Below, in pieces: positions 52,651 through 64,000 of a stretch of 64,000 nt of DNA. Source of the DNA: Anthoceros angustus (Eukaryota; Plantae; Anthocerotophyta). The stretch's first letter is position 1; each line of letters begins with the position of its first letter. The notes below the pieces were generated by a model. The model did no database searches. It was not told the DNA's origin and saw only the letters and a program-made list of their open reading frames with translations. The stretch covers positions 496,001-560,000 of the forward strand of contig MU008173.1 in the NCBI GenBank assembly GCA_010909165.1, in the 5' to 3' direction. A program made the translations under genes and the position numbers.

Positions 52651-54273
52651 CTCCCAAAAGTGGCTTGGGCCTCTGTAACTTAATGGCCCCAAGAAGGTGG
52701 GGAGTTGTCTGTTCCTACTACTAGGAAAAGTATACTTTTACTAAGTACAGTTTTACAAAAAGGGTATGTTTTACTATGGTAGCTCATTTTACTACACAAT
52801 TGAAAGGCAATGTTTTATGTCCATGTATTATTTTCAAGGGTAGCTAGGAATTTATAATGGTTCATTTGAAATTTACTGCAGGGCTTATTTTGCCAAAGGT
52901 TTTAACGATGACTTAGCACATCACAATGCGCTTTACTACGGGGGTACTCGAACGAGGAGGCCAGGTTTCACAAGCAGAAGTGCAGGCGATATTTGGACGG
53001 GGAGTCAGATGACGATGACCGCGGGAGGACGTGTCTCACAGCTCCTACTAATGCGGACTTGGCATGCTCGGGTTCAGAAGGGCGAGCAACATTTGTCAAA
53101 CAGATGTCCTCCAACAGCGAGGTCGATGAGGAAAGTCATGTGAAGGTGAGGGTTAACACTATGGCCCCAAACATAGGGCGCTACGGACGATGTCTCATAG
53201 CTCTTGGCTTAGGGTTTGGCGCACAGGATGTGAGCACCCAAGACTTAATCGGCGTGACTCTGGCGGCTAATCATGACGCGCTAGTTGTAGAAGGGGAAGA
53301 GAATGTGTCCGCACTGCAGTGCCCTCAAGAGAAGGGGAGGCAGCCAGTTGAGTTCACGAGTGTGCCTAACAGTCAGGAGCGCACATTATTGCGGAGAAAA
53401 TTTGTCCAGCGTGTGAAGAATGTGCCCAAAGTGCAACAAGACGCTGGTCATGTACCGGCAACCCTCGTTCTGACTAAAAGGACACCTTTGCCTCAAACCC
53501 TTGCAGATGATGAGCATGCCAGCAACGTTTTGTTGAAGCCGATCATCATCCTGGAGAATTTGATGTTGGGGAGAAGGCGCCACCAGATGCGCAACATCAG
53601 CCCCATCAGGCGGATGCACCACAGTCCTCAGATGCACCACATCAGCCAAATCAGCATGATGCGCCTCAGGTTCCTCTTGAAGAATTGGATGACGATGATG
53701 AACAGTTCATTCTTGGAGAATGTCGTGTTATAGACAAGAGGGGCCCAAGGGGTCCCAAGCAGAAACAGAACCCAGATCTTGAACACGAGGTGCTTTCAGA
53801 ACATCTCCATCCGGCATGTAAGATTTCAAATTTGCTTTGTGGTTTGAAGGGAACTAACCCACATGCGTTCAAGCCTTATTCACATTCTGGGCCTGGATTC
53901 AAGCCCAGAATCCACCTTGGATATTTCAGGAGTGGATATTTCAGACCATGCATATATCAGGCAATCCAAGCCTAAATATTTCACGCCATCCAAGCATGAA
54001 ATATCCAAGCCCTGCAGGCTTGAATATAGTTGGTCATTCAGGCATGGTCTGTTCTGGCTTGGGATTTCCTTTGACCATGTCGCTGGTGTTTGCAAGATTT
54101 ATTTCTCGGGTATCCCCCAGCTTTTTAGCCATGTAGGATAGGGTGCATTTTACCATCCGATGGCTTTGCAACCCTCTTATTAGTGTATTCTAGAATCAGA
54201 TTGAAGTGACAGTGGTTCACGTAGAACAATGCAACAAGTAGACGATTTCAGTCCTTGATTTTTTGATGCCATT

Positions 54274-54996
54274 ATGTTGCAGTTTTTTGGCACTAATCTG
54301 AAGCCTTGGTGGAACAATGTCAAGAAGGAAGCCCGTAAGTTCTTGGAAGGTCAAAACAGAAATCCTAGTTTTGTTCCAAAGAGTATTAAGTCGGAGCATT
54401 GGGAGGTGTTTTTAAGGGAGAAGGAGAAGATGGACGGCGTTGTAGCCCCTAGCCAGCAAAAACTTGTAGCCATCAATAGGATGAAGAATAAGGGTAGCAA
54501 TTCTACGCATGCTTTAGGGATGGGGGGCAGCGTGGGTTTTTGGACAGGTTTAAAGGCACGTTTGGGAGGGGAGCCAACAGTGGATGAGATCCGAGCTGTT
54601 GGCACCAATCACAGAAACTGGTTGGTGAAGCTGCGAGCGTTTTGGATGAATTCCAAAATAGCAGGTCCTGCTTTGGGTCCGCAGGTTAACTCAAAAGGGG
54701 GGATTGACAAGGCTATTAACATGTGGAACCTATTGATTGAGGCAAGTTATCCAACCAATGAATGCGATGGCAAGGCCATGGATGCCATCCTCAAAAACAA
54801 TGTTTTAGACCACGGGTGGATGGTGGGGCACTACCTTCCTCGTAAAGTAGCCAAGGATGCAGAGGAAGCCTCAGCACGATTGAGGCTAGAGGCTGATGTT
54901 GTTGTTGTCATCATTTTCATATTCCATGGGCAGTTTGAAATTTCTTGTTTCATGAACTGGTTTTTTGGATGCTTGAATTTCCTGTGGGAGGCCTAG
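54274..54996 (+). CDS. CACTA TNP1/Ptta (Transposase_24)-like ORF fragment
   Basis: HWEVFL...NRMKNKGSNSTHALGMGG...LGGEPTVDEI resembles the W..NR..H..G...EPT pattern of this family, from recall, not searched. An upstream Asp/Glu-rich segment with RGPRGP (~53000-53820) is probably part of the same gene. Confidence 0.5.
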   Translation: MLQFFGTNLKPWWNNVKKEARKFLEGQNRNPSFVPKSIKSEHWEVFLREKEKMDGVVAPSQQKLVAINRMKNKGSNSTHALGMGGSVGFWTGLKARLGGEPTVDEIRAVGTNHRNWLVKLRAFWMNSKIAGPALGPQVNSKGGIDKAINMWNLLIEASYPTNECDGKAMDAILKNNVLDHGWMVGHYLPRKVAKDAEEASARLRLEADVVVVIIFIFHGQFEISCFMNWFFGCLNFLWEA

Positions 54997-55534
54997 TTTT
55001 CCACGGGCAATGCCATGGAGTTTGTGGGGTTGGCTGGAGAAAACTGCTTTTGTGTACTGAATAGACTGTAGGGGTGGAGTTGCGGGTGTAATACATTGTA
55101 GGATGTAGCTTGGGTCTGCAAACACTGGTTTTTTAGAATCATACTCTCCCCCTTCCCCACACCTTCCCCCTCCCCATGCGAAAACCCCAAGGATTTACTA
55201 CACTCTTAATACTTTTACAACACCAGTTTGAATCTGAGTACACTTTTCAAGCAAATATTTACTACGTACCTTTTACTACGTATCGTTTACGATGGAACTT
55301 TCACTACGTACTTTATACTACAGAATTTTTACAACAGTATTTTTTTTACAATGCAGAACTTTACAACCTACGAACTTTACAATGGATTTTAGGGTTATTT
55401 AACCATGGTTAATTAATTGTAGTTAATATATGGTTTACAAAACCCATTCTAAACCATAGTTGATGTACTAGAGTTTATTAGCCTCAGTCAACTAACCATT
55501 ATATTTTAACGTTAATTAAGCCTGTGATAAATTC

Positions 55535-55609
55535 TATGGTTGTTCAATATAGTAAATTATATGGTTGTTCAATGTAGTAAATTATATGTTTGTTCAATAT
55601 AGTAAATTC
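55535..55609. repeat. 25-bp tandem repeat x3 (CACTA subterminal region)
   Basis: TATGGTTGTTCAATATAGTAAATTA with minor variants. Confidence 0.9.
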
Positions 55610-57485
55610 TACGATAAAGGTAACTATAGTTTAGAGAGTAACAATATATGGTAGACTTGGTTAAAGTACTTCATACGTTTTTTACGTATACGATACGGAG
55701 TATAGCTAATGCATACGGTGTGCTGTACTTTACCACAGGCACTAATGCTATGTGTTTACTACTAGTATTTTACTATGGAAGTAGAAATATCCGTCGTAAA
55801 AAATATAGTACTGTCCATATAGAAAAAGTGCTCTTTTCCTAGTCGTTTCCCCTTGTCAGTCTGCTTTTAGGTGGTTCATTCGGTATGTGTGCTCCCCCAA
55901 CAATTGAACTATCTTCAAGAAGGGTACCCTGCCGGCCTGAAGTTCATCCATCCGCACCCTTTGTTCTTTGATCATCCTTCTGAGCTGTTCGGTGTTCTGC
56001 TGTACTAACCGTTCGTTTGTTGGTATTTGCTGGCATGTGTATTCGATGTTACTCTTCGCTCGCGAAACCCATGGCTACTGTTGCAAGTTCAAGCCCACCA
56101 AATCAACTATCAGCTGCAGGAGCTTACCTCTAGCTTCTACTTGTGTGCTAACGCCTTTGTGCCTGTACTTCCCTCCGATGACAACTGTTGATCTGAGACC
56201 TCACTATTCCACTTGTTTTTTCCACGAGCTCTCACTCCTCGCTTGTCGTTGTGCCTAGTAAGCTATGGGTTGAAACAATAGCTGCTTGAACCTGAATAGT
56301 CGTGGTATTGCTGAGTCTTAAGGTGCATATGGAGGCGACTAGCGCTCCGCCCTTCTCAAGATAATTCTCAAGGTATCTTCAAAGTCAGCTACCACCAACC
56401 TCCAAGCTGCTTCTTCTGCTGTTAACCAATGACTAGACGATTTGAAACAATTTGTGACACAGGATCTCTACAACTAAGCCGGCCCATTGTGGTCGCCAAT
56501 GGATAACACCTACGATTAAAGCTAACAAAGCTTCCAGCTCCTCGGGTCAAGGGGAAACCGTGACACAACCCACTAAAAAAAGCCACACTATTCTATTAGC
56601 ATCTGATGGGGGGAATATCATCATAAATTCGTCTCAAGGCTTGGGTATTCCTCATAATCCACTTGAGCAATCCCATTCATTTCCATGCACCAGGGTTAGG
56701 AACAGCTTCTGGGTAGAAAGGGGTTTCTCTGGCAAAAAAGGGTTGGGCTATAATCCCATTTTTCTTTGGCGAAAATGTGCATTAGCTTTTTTTTTTTTTT
56801 GGCATTTTTTTAGGTTGTTTGCTTATTGAAATGTGTTATTCAAACCTGAAGTGCCACGCCATGCATGTGCATTTGGTCACACTGTGCCGCATCCATAACT
56901 GGACACCTTGATTTTGGAGGGGTGAAGGGTGAAGATAATCAAAATCGTCAGTTACACGCTCTTTCCGCATTTCCGTCGTTCATCCCATGTACGCATGTAT
57001 TAGAGAACGGACGGACTGAGATGAATACACAGATAAGTTTTCGCACCCAACGTGGTATTGCGCAAGCTCGTTTAAGCACGAATTGAGCAAGAAGACCCAG
57101 GTGCGCAAACATATGTTTGCGCACCTAGGAACAAGAGGGCCTGGGGATGCGCACACTTGTGCACGCACCTAGGCACAAGAAGGCCTATGTGTGTGTACTT
57201 GGTCATGCATGACATGATTTATCTCCACTTCTGGGCATGTCTGAACCTCACATCATCGTTTGTTCCAAACGGCCGGCCCATGAGCTGTCAGTATCCATCG
57301 TGCTGAGTCCCGCTAGAACTAGCAAGTTCATGGCCCTGCCCCTCCGCTGCTTCAACATACAGACGATTGCGGCCCTTGTTATCAAAACACACATCACACC
57401 AGGCTTCCATTTCCTCTTCGAAGTCCTCACTAGCCAATCCTAGAGCTTGTTCCAACTCGGCACACAATATCTTCTAGGCTCCTTG

Positions 57486-57497
57486 TTCTGATACTAA
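57486..57497 (-). promoter_or_regulatory. tRNA-iMet-type PBS-like motif
   Basis: GTTCTGATACTA versus canonical GCTCTGATACCA (2 mismatches), followed by TGACAAGG at 57502. A second PBS-like motif GCTCTGATGCCA lies at 51881-51892. Confidence 0.35.
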
Positions 57498-58822
57498 CCA
57501 CTGACAAGGAGGACTCTAATCACTCTGAGGGTCAGAATAAAGGACACTATATCCCACCCCTAGATCTCGCTTCTATATAACAAACCAAGACGCAACATCT
57601 TTCTCAGATACTTACTAGTGCACTGATTGAGGCCACTAGTCAGTGTGCAAAACCAAATTTAATGCCTATGACGTACCCCAGGTTGCGGTGTAGAGGTCAA
57701 TTGGAGTGCCAAAGATTGCACTTTCTTCCTAATTTCATCAACCAACATTTCAGAGGACCGGAGTGGGTAACCTGGAAAATGTGCGATGTGCCACTATCAT
57801 CACCTGGTCGGCATGAACACATTCATCACTATTTTCCTAATGACAAACTTCAATTACCCAACAGTGCTGACATTGCTTTTATACCAAATGAAAGGGTCCT
57901 CAAATATTGTTCTCCTCATTCAGTCTGAACAGTATTTAACAAGCAGCATCCCGAGTGGCGGTGCACTTCTCTGCAGTAAACTGGGGTTCTAACTTCAACT
58001 ATGATTCATGAAACTTATTTGTACCATGAGACCTATGCATTGCCAACCGTCCCGTTCCATTGCTCCTTTCTATGGCGCCATTTCGTCATCCCGTCCTTGT
58101 TTCATTGCTTCTACATTTTGCCATTACAGGTGGTAAATAGGCCCTTCCTTATTCAAGACTATGATATCTTGGGAGAATTACTACAATATTTTAAGCTCCG
58201 GTGAAAAATAGGCCCTTCTTGCCTCCGGATTATAACATCTTGGGAGTGATAATAGTTTGAGGATAGACAATCGGAGGCTAGTCATAGGCAAAGGGGCTTA
58301 GTCCCCTTGGCTTGGGCCGTGTTGTTTCCATCGCCCCGGTGTAGATGGGACTTCTCTTCTCTTTTGCGTATTTATAAAGTCTCCACGCTGTCATATGTAC
58401 GTATGTAAAGATGTTCCCTCGTCACTTTCGTATTGAATCCGGGCAGGTCCGGTAACTGACCCAGCGGCGCTCTCAACCCGAGGAGCAGGTTAGATGAACG
58501 GGAAGCTTGAACCAGGGCACGGGCCAGGCTACCTTTTACAGTATTACATACTTGAATCGAGGAACGTGTGTTTCCTTGAGCTCCAGTGTTAGTGTATTAT
58601 GCATTGCATATGCAGGGAGGTGCGCTGAAAGGAAACGGGAGGGAGCGGGGGTAAAAAGGGCAAACATGCGCCCACGCACTCGGCATTGCCTTTGCCACGC
58701 TCGCAGGAGCAGCAGCAGGAGCAGCAGGACCAGAGGAGTCGGGCGTGAAGGCGATCTGATGTGAGCGGAGGCGGCGAGAGGGCGAGCGAGCGAGGGAGGA
58801 AGCCAGCTGGCCGGCGGCTGTT

Positions 58823-58824
<2 letters not shown>

Positions 58825-58854
<30 letters not shown>
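58825..58854 (+). repeat. (CAG)10 microsatellite upstream of the COPA start
   Basis: Perfect trinucleotide run ~50-80 bp before ATG 58902. Confidence 0.95.
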
Positions 58855-58857
<3 letters not shown>

Positions 58858-58901
58858 CGGGAGGGAGTAGTGGGCCAGATCTCCGGCCTCGGGGAGCAAC
58901 C

Positions 58902-61900
58902 ATGTTGACCAAATTCGAGACCAAGAGCAACCGGGTGAAGGGGCTGAGCTTCCACCCCCGGCGGCCCTGGATCTTGGCCAGCTTGCACAGCGGGGTCATC
59001 CAGCTATGGGACTACCGGATGGGCACGCTCATCGATCGCTTCGACGAGCATGACGGCCCCGTGCGAGGCGTGCACTTCCATAAGTCGCAGCCGCTTTTCG
59101 TGTCGGGAGGTACTGGCTTCTGCGTAGCTGCATTATGGTGTGCCGGATCTGGTTGGATCTGGGCTTGTGGTTGTGGTGCGGGTGGTGAGAAGCTTGGGTC
59201 TTGAGTGGTTTAGCTTGGGGTGAGCAGGGTAGCGGATCTGTTGGGGCTTGGTGTGATGTTTGTGGCTTGGGTTGGGCTTGTTGTCAGCGGGTCTCATACT
59301 GTGGGCTTTGGAACAGGGGATGACTACAAGATCAAGGTGTGGAACTACAAGATGCGCCGCTGCCTCTTCACGCTGCTGGGCCACCTGGATTACATCCGGA
59401 CTGTGCAGTTTCACCAGGAGTACCCTTGGATTGTGAGCGCCAGTGATGACCAGACTATCCGGATATGGAATTGGCAGTCTCGGACATGCATATCTGTGCT
59501 CACGGGGCACAATCACTACGTCATGTGTGCTTCCTTTCACATCAAAGAGGATTTGGTGGTGTCTGCGTCCTTGGACCAGACTGTGCGGGTGTGGGATATC
59601 GGTGCTCTCCGCAAGAAGACCGTGGCTCCAGCGGAGGATATTTTGAGGCTGAGTCAGATGAATACGGATCTCTTCGGTGGGGGAGATGCCGTGGTGAAGT
59701 ATGTTCTGGAAGGGCATGATCGAGGTGTCAACTGGGCTGCGTTTCATCCCACCTTGCCTTTGATTGTGTCTGGAGCTGATGATCGACAGGTGAAGTTGTG
59801 GCGGATGAATGGTAAGCGTTCTAAGTCCACTGTCTGCGTGTCGTGTTTTTCGTCTCTTGTGTCCTACCTCTGGCAGACAAACTGCCCCACACCTTACTTG
59901 TGTTCATGCTTTCGTGATCTGCAGATAAAACGGCTTGGGAGGTGGACACACTGCGTGGTCATGTCAACAACGTCTCTTCCGTGATTTTCCATGCTCGTCA
60001 GGATATCATTGTTTCGAACTCAGAAGACAAGTCGATCAGAGTGTGGGACATGAGTAAGCGCATTGGGGTGCAGACATTCAGGCGGGAACATGACAGATTC
60101 TGGATACTTGCAGCGCATCCAGATATGAATCTGCTTGCGGCAGGGCATGATAGTGGCATGATAGTGTTCAAACTGGAAAGGGAGCGGCCTTCGTATGCAG
60201 TGCATGGAGGCATTCTCTACTATGTTAAGGAGCGTTATCTCAGAACTTACGAGTTTGCAACCGGAAAGGACAACCCGCTGATTTCCATCCGGAGAGCTGG
60301 TTCAGCTGGAATGAATCAGGGCCCTAGATCTCTATCCTACAACCCAGCAGAGAATGCGGTTCTAATATGCTCTGATGTGGAAGGTGGCTCTTATGAGCTT
60401 TACATTATTCCCAAAGAAGCCTCTGGAAAGAGTGAGACAGTGGAACCAAAGCGAGGTGCTGGAGCATCTGCTGTGTTTGTTGCTCGCAACCGGTTTGCAG
60501 TCTTAGATAAGAACCAGAACCAGGTGTCTATTAAAAACTTGAGAAACGAGGTGACAAAGAGGGTGGCCCTGCCTTTTGCAACAACAGATGCTATTTTCTA
60601 TGCGGGCACAGGGAATCTGCTCTGCAGATCTGAGGATAAGGTGATATTGTTTGATGTCCAGCAGAGAAACACTTTGGGGGAGCTGAGCACCCCCTTCGTG
60701 AAGTATGTTGTCTGGTCGTCTGACATGGAGTTTGTTGCTTTGATCAGCAAGCATGCAATTATTATTGCAACCAAGAAGCTAGTCAATCAGTGCACTGTGC
60801 ACGAGACCATCCGCATCAAGAGTGGTGCTTGGGATGAAAATGGTGTGTTCATGTACACAACTCTCAATCATATCAAGTACTGCCTGCCGAATGGTGACAG
60901 TGGTATAATCAGGACATTGGATGTTCCTGTGTACATCACCAAAGTTTCTGGAAGCTCTGTTCACTGTTTGGACCGTGATGGGAAGAGCCGGACCATACAG
61001 ATTGATCCCACAGAGTACATGTTCAAACTCTCTCTCATTCAAAAGAAGTATGACCAGGTTCTGGCCATGATCAGAAACTCACAGCTGTGTGGACAGTCTA
61101 TCATTGCATACCTCCAGCAGAAGGGATTTCCTGAGGTGGCCTTGCATTTTGTCAAGGATGAGAGGACCCGGTTCAATCTCGCAGTGGAGTGTGGGAACAT
61201 AGAGGTGGCAGTTGCATCTGCGAAAGAGATAGATGAGAAGGACTACTGGTCGAGGCTGGGGGCAGAGGCGCTGCGGCAAGGGAATCACGAAATTGTTGAG
61301 TACTCCTTGCAGAAGACAAAGAACTTTGAACGCCTGTCCTTCTTGTATCTCATTACTGGAAACTTGGAGAAGCTTTCAAAGATGCTCAAGATTGCAGAGA
61401 TGCGCAATGATGTGATGGGCGCCTTTCACAATGCACTGTATCTTGGGGATGTCAAAGAAAGAATCAAAATACTGGAGGAGTCTGGGCATATACCTCTGGC
61501 ATATGCAACTGCTACGGTCCATGGGCTGACTGACATAGCAGAGAGGCTGGCTGCTGATCTCGGTGACAATGTACCAACTCTCCCCCCGAAAGAGAAGGCT
61601 GCCTTGCTCTTGCCGCCAACTCCAATTTTGCGAGAGGACAACTGGCCACTTTTGTCAGTTAGCAAAGGCTTCTTTGAAGGTGCTTTTGGAGATGCGGCTG
61701 CTGGAGCCGAACTGGAGGATGAAGGTGCTACAGCAGCGGCTTGGGGTGAGGAGCTGGATATTCTTGAGGCGGTTGAAGTCAGAGCTAATGGTGAGCTTTT
61801 TGGTGCTGAAGATGAAGAGAAAGCTGGAGAGGATGAGGAGGCAGGTTGGGAGATGGAGGACTTGGAACTTCCTGCAGATGTGAGCACAAATGATGCTGTT

Positions 61901-62875
61901 GGAGGAGGGGCCGAACCAGCTTACTTTGTTGTGCCTACACCTGGTGTGCCAGTCAGCCAGATCTGGATCCAAAGGTCTTCTCTTGCTGGGGAACATGTGG
62001 CGGCGGGTGCCTTTGACACAGCGATGCGCTTGCTGAATAGGCAGCTTGGGATTCGTAACTTTGCTCCCCTGAAGTCAGCTTTCTTGGATCTTCATCTGGC
62101 ATCCCACACATCTCTACCAGGCCTTGTTTCCTTGCCAGTATTGCCACTGGCCCTTGAGAAGGGATGGACTGAAAACGCAAGTCCAAATGTTAGGAACGCA
62201 CCAGCCCTCATCTGGAAGCTCTCCACGTTGGAAGAGAAGTTGAAAGCAGGTTATAAGGCGGTTACGGAGGGCAAGTTCACGGAGGCCTTGAGACTGTTCC
62301 TCACCATTTTGCACACTATTCCCCTGCTCGTCGTGGACAGCAGGAAAGAAGTGGATGAGGTGAAAGAACTGGTGTCACTATCAAAGGACTATGTCCTTGC
62401 GATGAGGATTGAACTGAGGCGGAAGGAATTGAAGGATGACTTGGTCCGACAATCAGAGCTTGCTGCATACTTCACTCACTGCAACCTCCAGCCAACGCAT
62501 CTGAGACTCAGCTTGCAGTCTGCCATGAACACCAACTTCAAAGCCAAGAACTTCAATGCAACAGCGTCTTTCTGCCAGCGGCTGTTGCAATTGAATATTC
62601 CTCCAGCAACAGCAACTAAGGTCCGGCAAGCATTACAAGCTTGCGAGAGGTCTCCCAGAGACGAGCTCCCCATCAACTATGATCCCCGAAATCCATTTGT
62701 GGTCTGCGGAGCCACTTTGACGCCCATATATCGTGGGAGCAGAGATATTTCTTGCCCGTACTGCACAGCTAAATTTGTGCCAGAAACAAGTGGGCAGGTC
62801 TGTCCTATTTGTGAGCTGGCTACTATTGGAGCAGATGCATCAGGATTATATTGCTCAACCACTCAATCCCGGTAG
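58902..62875 (+). CDS. COPA: Coatomer subunit alpha, 3 exons (58902-59109, 59317-59811, 59925-62875)
   Basis: [21 protein letters not shown]40 repeats, [26 protein letters not shown]-terminal CPYC...CPIC. GT-AG introns restore VSGG|DDYK and MN|DKTAWEVD. Confidence 0.97.
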
Positions 62876-64000
62876 CATCACTGCCTTAGTGTCTCTTTGA
62901 CCTGGCTGGATTGTCACACTTCGTGTTGGCAGATTGCGGCATCAGTTCACCTTTCGAGGGTTGGCAAGAGTGTAGAGAACATTTTAGGAGTCGGGGGACA
63001 AGCAGGAAAGGGATCTTCAGCAGGCTTATGGGGATGTTCGCATGCTGTTGAGTTTTTTCGGTTTTGCTCGTGTTGTGGCTCGTGTTTTGTCAAGCATTCA
63101 TGCAGGGATATTGATTCACATCTAGTGGAGACACGTAGTTCAGAGGCATGGTCTTAGTCAACACAGCACAACTGTTGTAGGTATAGGCCAACAATGTAGT
63201 TTTGCACATGACTTAGGAATGTGCATGTATACTCCAAACATTGTTGGAGTTGAGTAAACTGAGATACAGCAAATTGGAATTCTAATGTGCCTCTCGCAAC
63301 CAAAATGTGCCTCTCAATACCTCCCTTTCGCAGTCAGTTCTCCTGTCCCCTCGGGGAGATAAACCAGATACAGGCAATGCAGTTGCTCGTGGCCCGCCGC
63401 TCTGCCTCGAACCAAATGGCAGGAAGAACAGCTAGTAAACTCAACCGTCGTCCATTCATCAAATGGCAGGAAGAACAGCTAGCAAAGTCGTCCATTAATC
63501 AATAAACAGTTTGCAGAATGGGATATATCGTGTTCGTCCTTTCAGTATCGTGATCAGGGCTTCTTCAGCTCATCCAAAAATCATTGTCAGTCACAATTTC
63601 CCCTTCGACACCCGTGACATACCACATCTCGGTAAACATTTTCAACAGATGCTCTGTGAGATCATGCAGCCCCTGGGGAGTAAGGCTCGTGGGAGGGCTG
63701 AACTGTTGAAGCTGAATACGCTTCCATCTAGAAATGACATGTGAAACGGAATAGCCATCACCTGGGGCAGCAGGAGGAAGCAGCAGGTTGTCCGAGAACA
63801 CCCCTGTGTGGTGCACCCTGCGCGGAGGGAGATGTATCAATAGCCGCAGATCTGCGCTGCAATGCAAGGCGTCGCACAAGCATGGAAAGGCCTCGACATG
63901 TTGGAGATCACATCAGGTGGTCTGCAGGATTTATCTTGGGAGAAGACAATGGATGAAAATGGTTGAAAGACACTTTACTCTGCCTTCAACCAAATTATGC

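Larger units (their letters stand above)
52719..55844 (+). mobile_element. CACTA/En-Spm-like non-autonomous DNA transposon
   Basis: 11-bp TIR ACTAGGAAAAG (52720-52730) / CTTTTCCTAGT (55833-55843); dense subterminal TTTACTA(C)/(G)TAGTAAA motifs at both ends; internal ORF like TNP1. No 3-bp TSD and no DDE transposase seen. Confidence 0.65.

Noticed and set aside
55851-57509. CCTTGTCA (55851) and TGACAAGG (57502) as inner ends of an LTR pair
   Set aside because: Sequences beyond the two motifs do not match each other and there is no PPT; the 8-bp match may be chance.
63280-64000. Minus-strand ORF fragments faintly like a Penelope/non-LTR RT end (MSFLDG, FLDELKK)
   Set aside because: Needs several frameshifts and the motifs are too short to support without a profile search.

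Overview
Land-plant nuclear DNA. An axonemal dynein implies flagellate sperm; with short introns, dense genes and a WW-type PLS-PPR gene, a hornwort is the best guess (inference). 1-17464: one minus-strand non-chromovirus Ty3/Gypsy LTR retrotransposon with TGTGGAA...TTCCACA LTR ends, PBS, PPT and fragmented gag-PR-RT-RH-INT. It has many internal tandem duplications and a long decayed ORF inside its LTRs. 17.5-22 kb: LTR-like piece, Ty1/Copia RT remnant, small tandem repeats. 22-50 kb: intronless HAS1-type DEAD-box helicase (+), intronless AP beta-adaptin (-), intronless PLS-E+ PPR gene (+) bracketed by ~55-bp inverted repeats with a pre-miRNA-like hairpin behind it, FGGY sugar kinase (+), and a ~17-kb DNAH6-like inner-arm dynein heavy chain (-). 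50.4-58.3 kb: TE island with a Gypsy gag remnant and a CACTA-like element. 58.9-62.9 kb: coatomer alpha (+). The two strongest leads are the inverted-repeat-bounded PPR cassette and the LTR-encoded accessory ORF. The first 17 kb has an indel-dominated difference pattern and may be poorly polished or misassembled.
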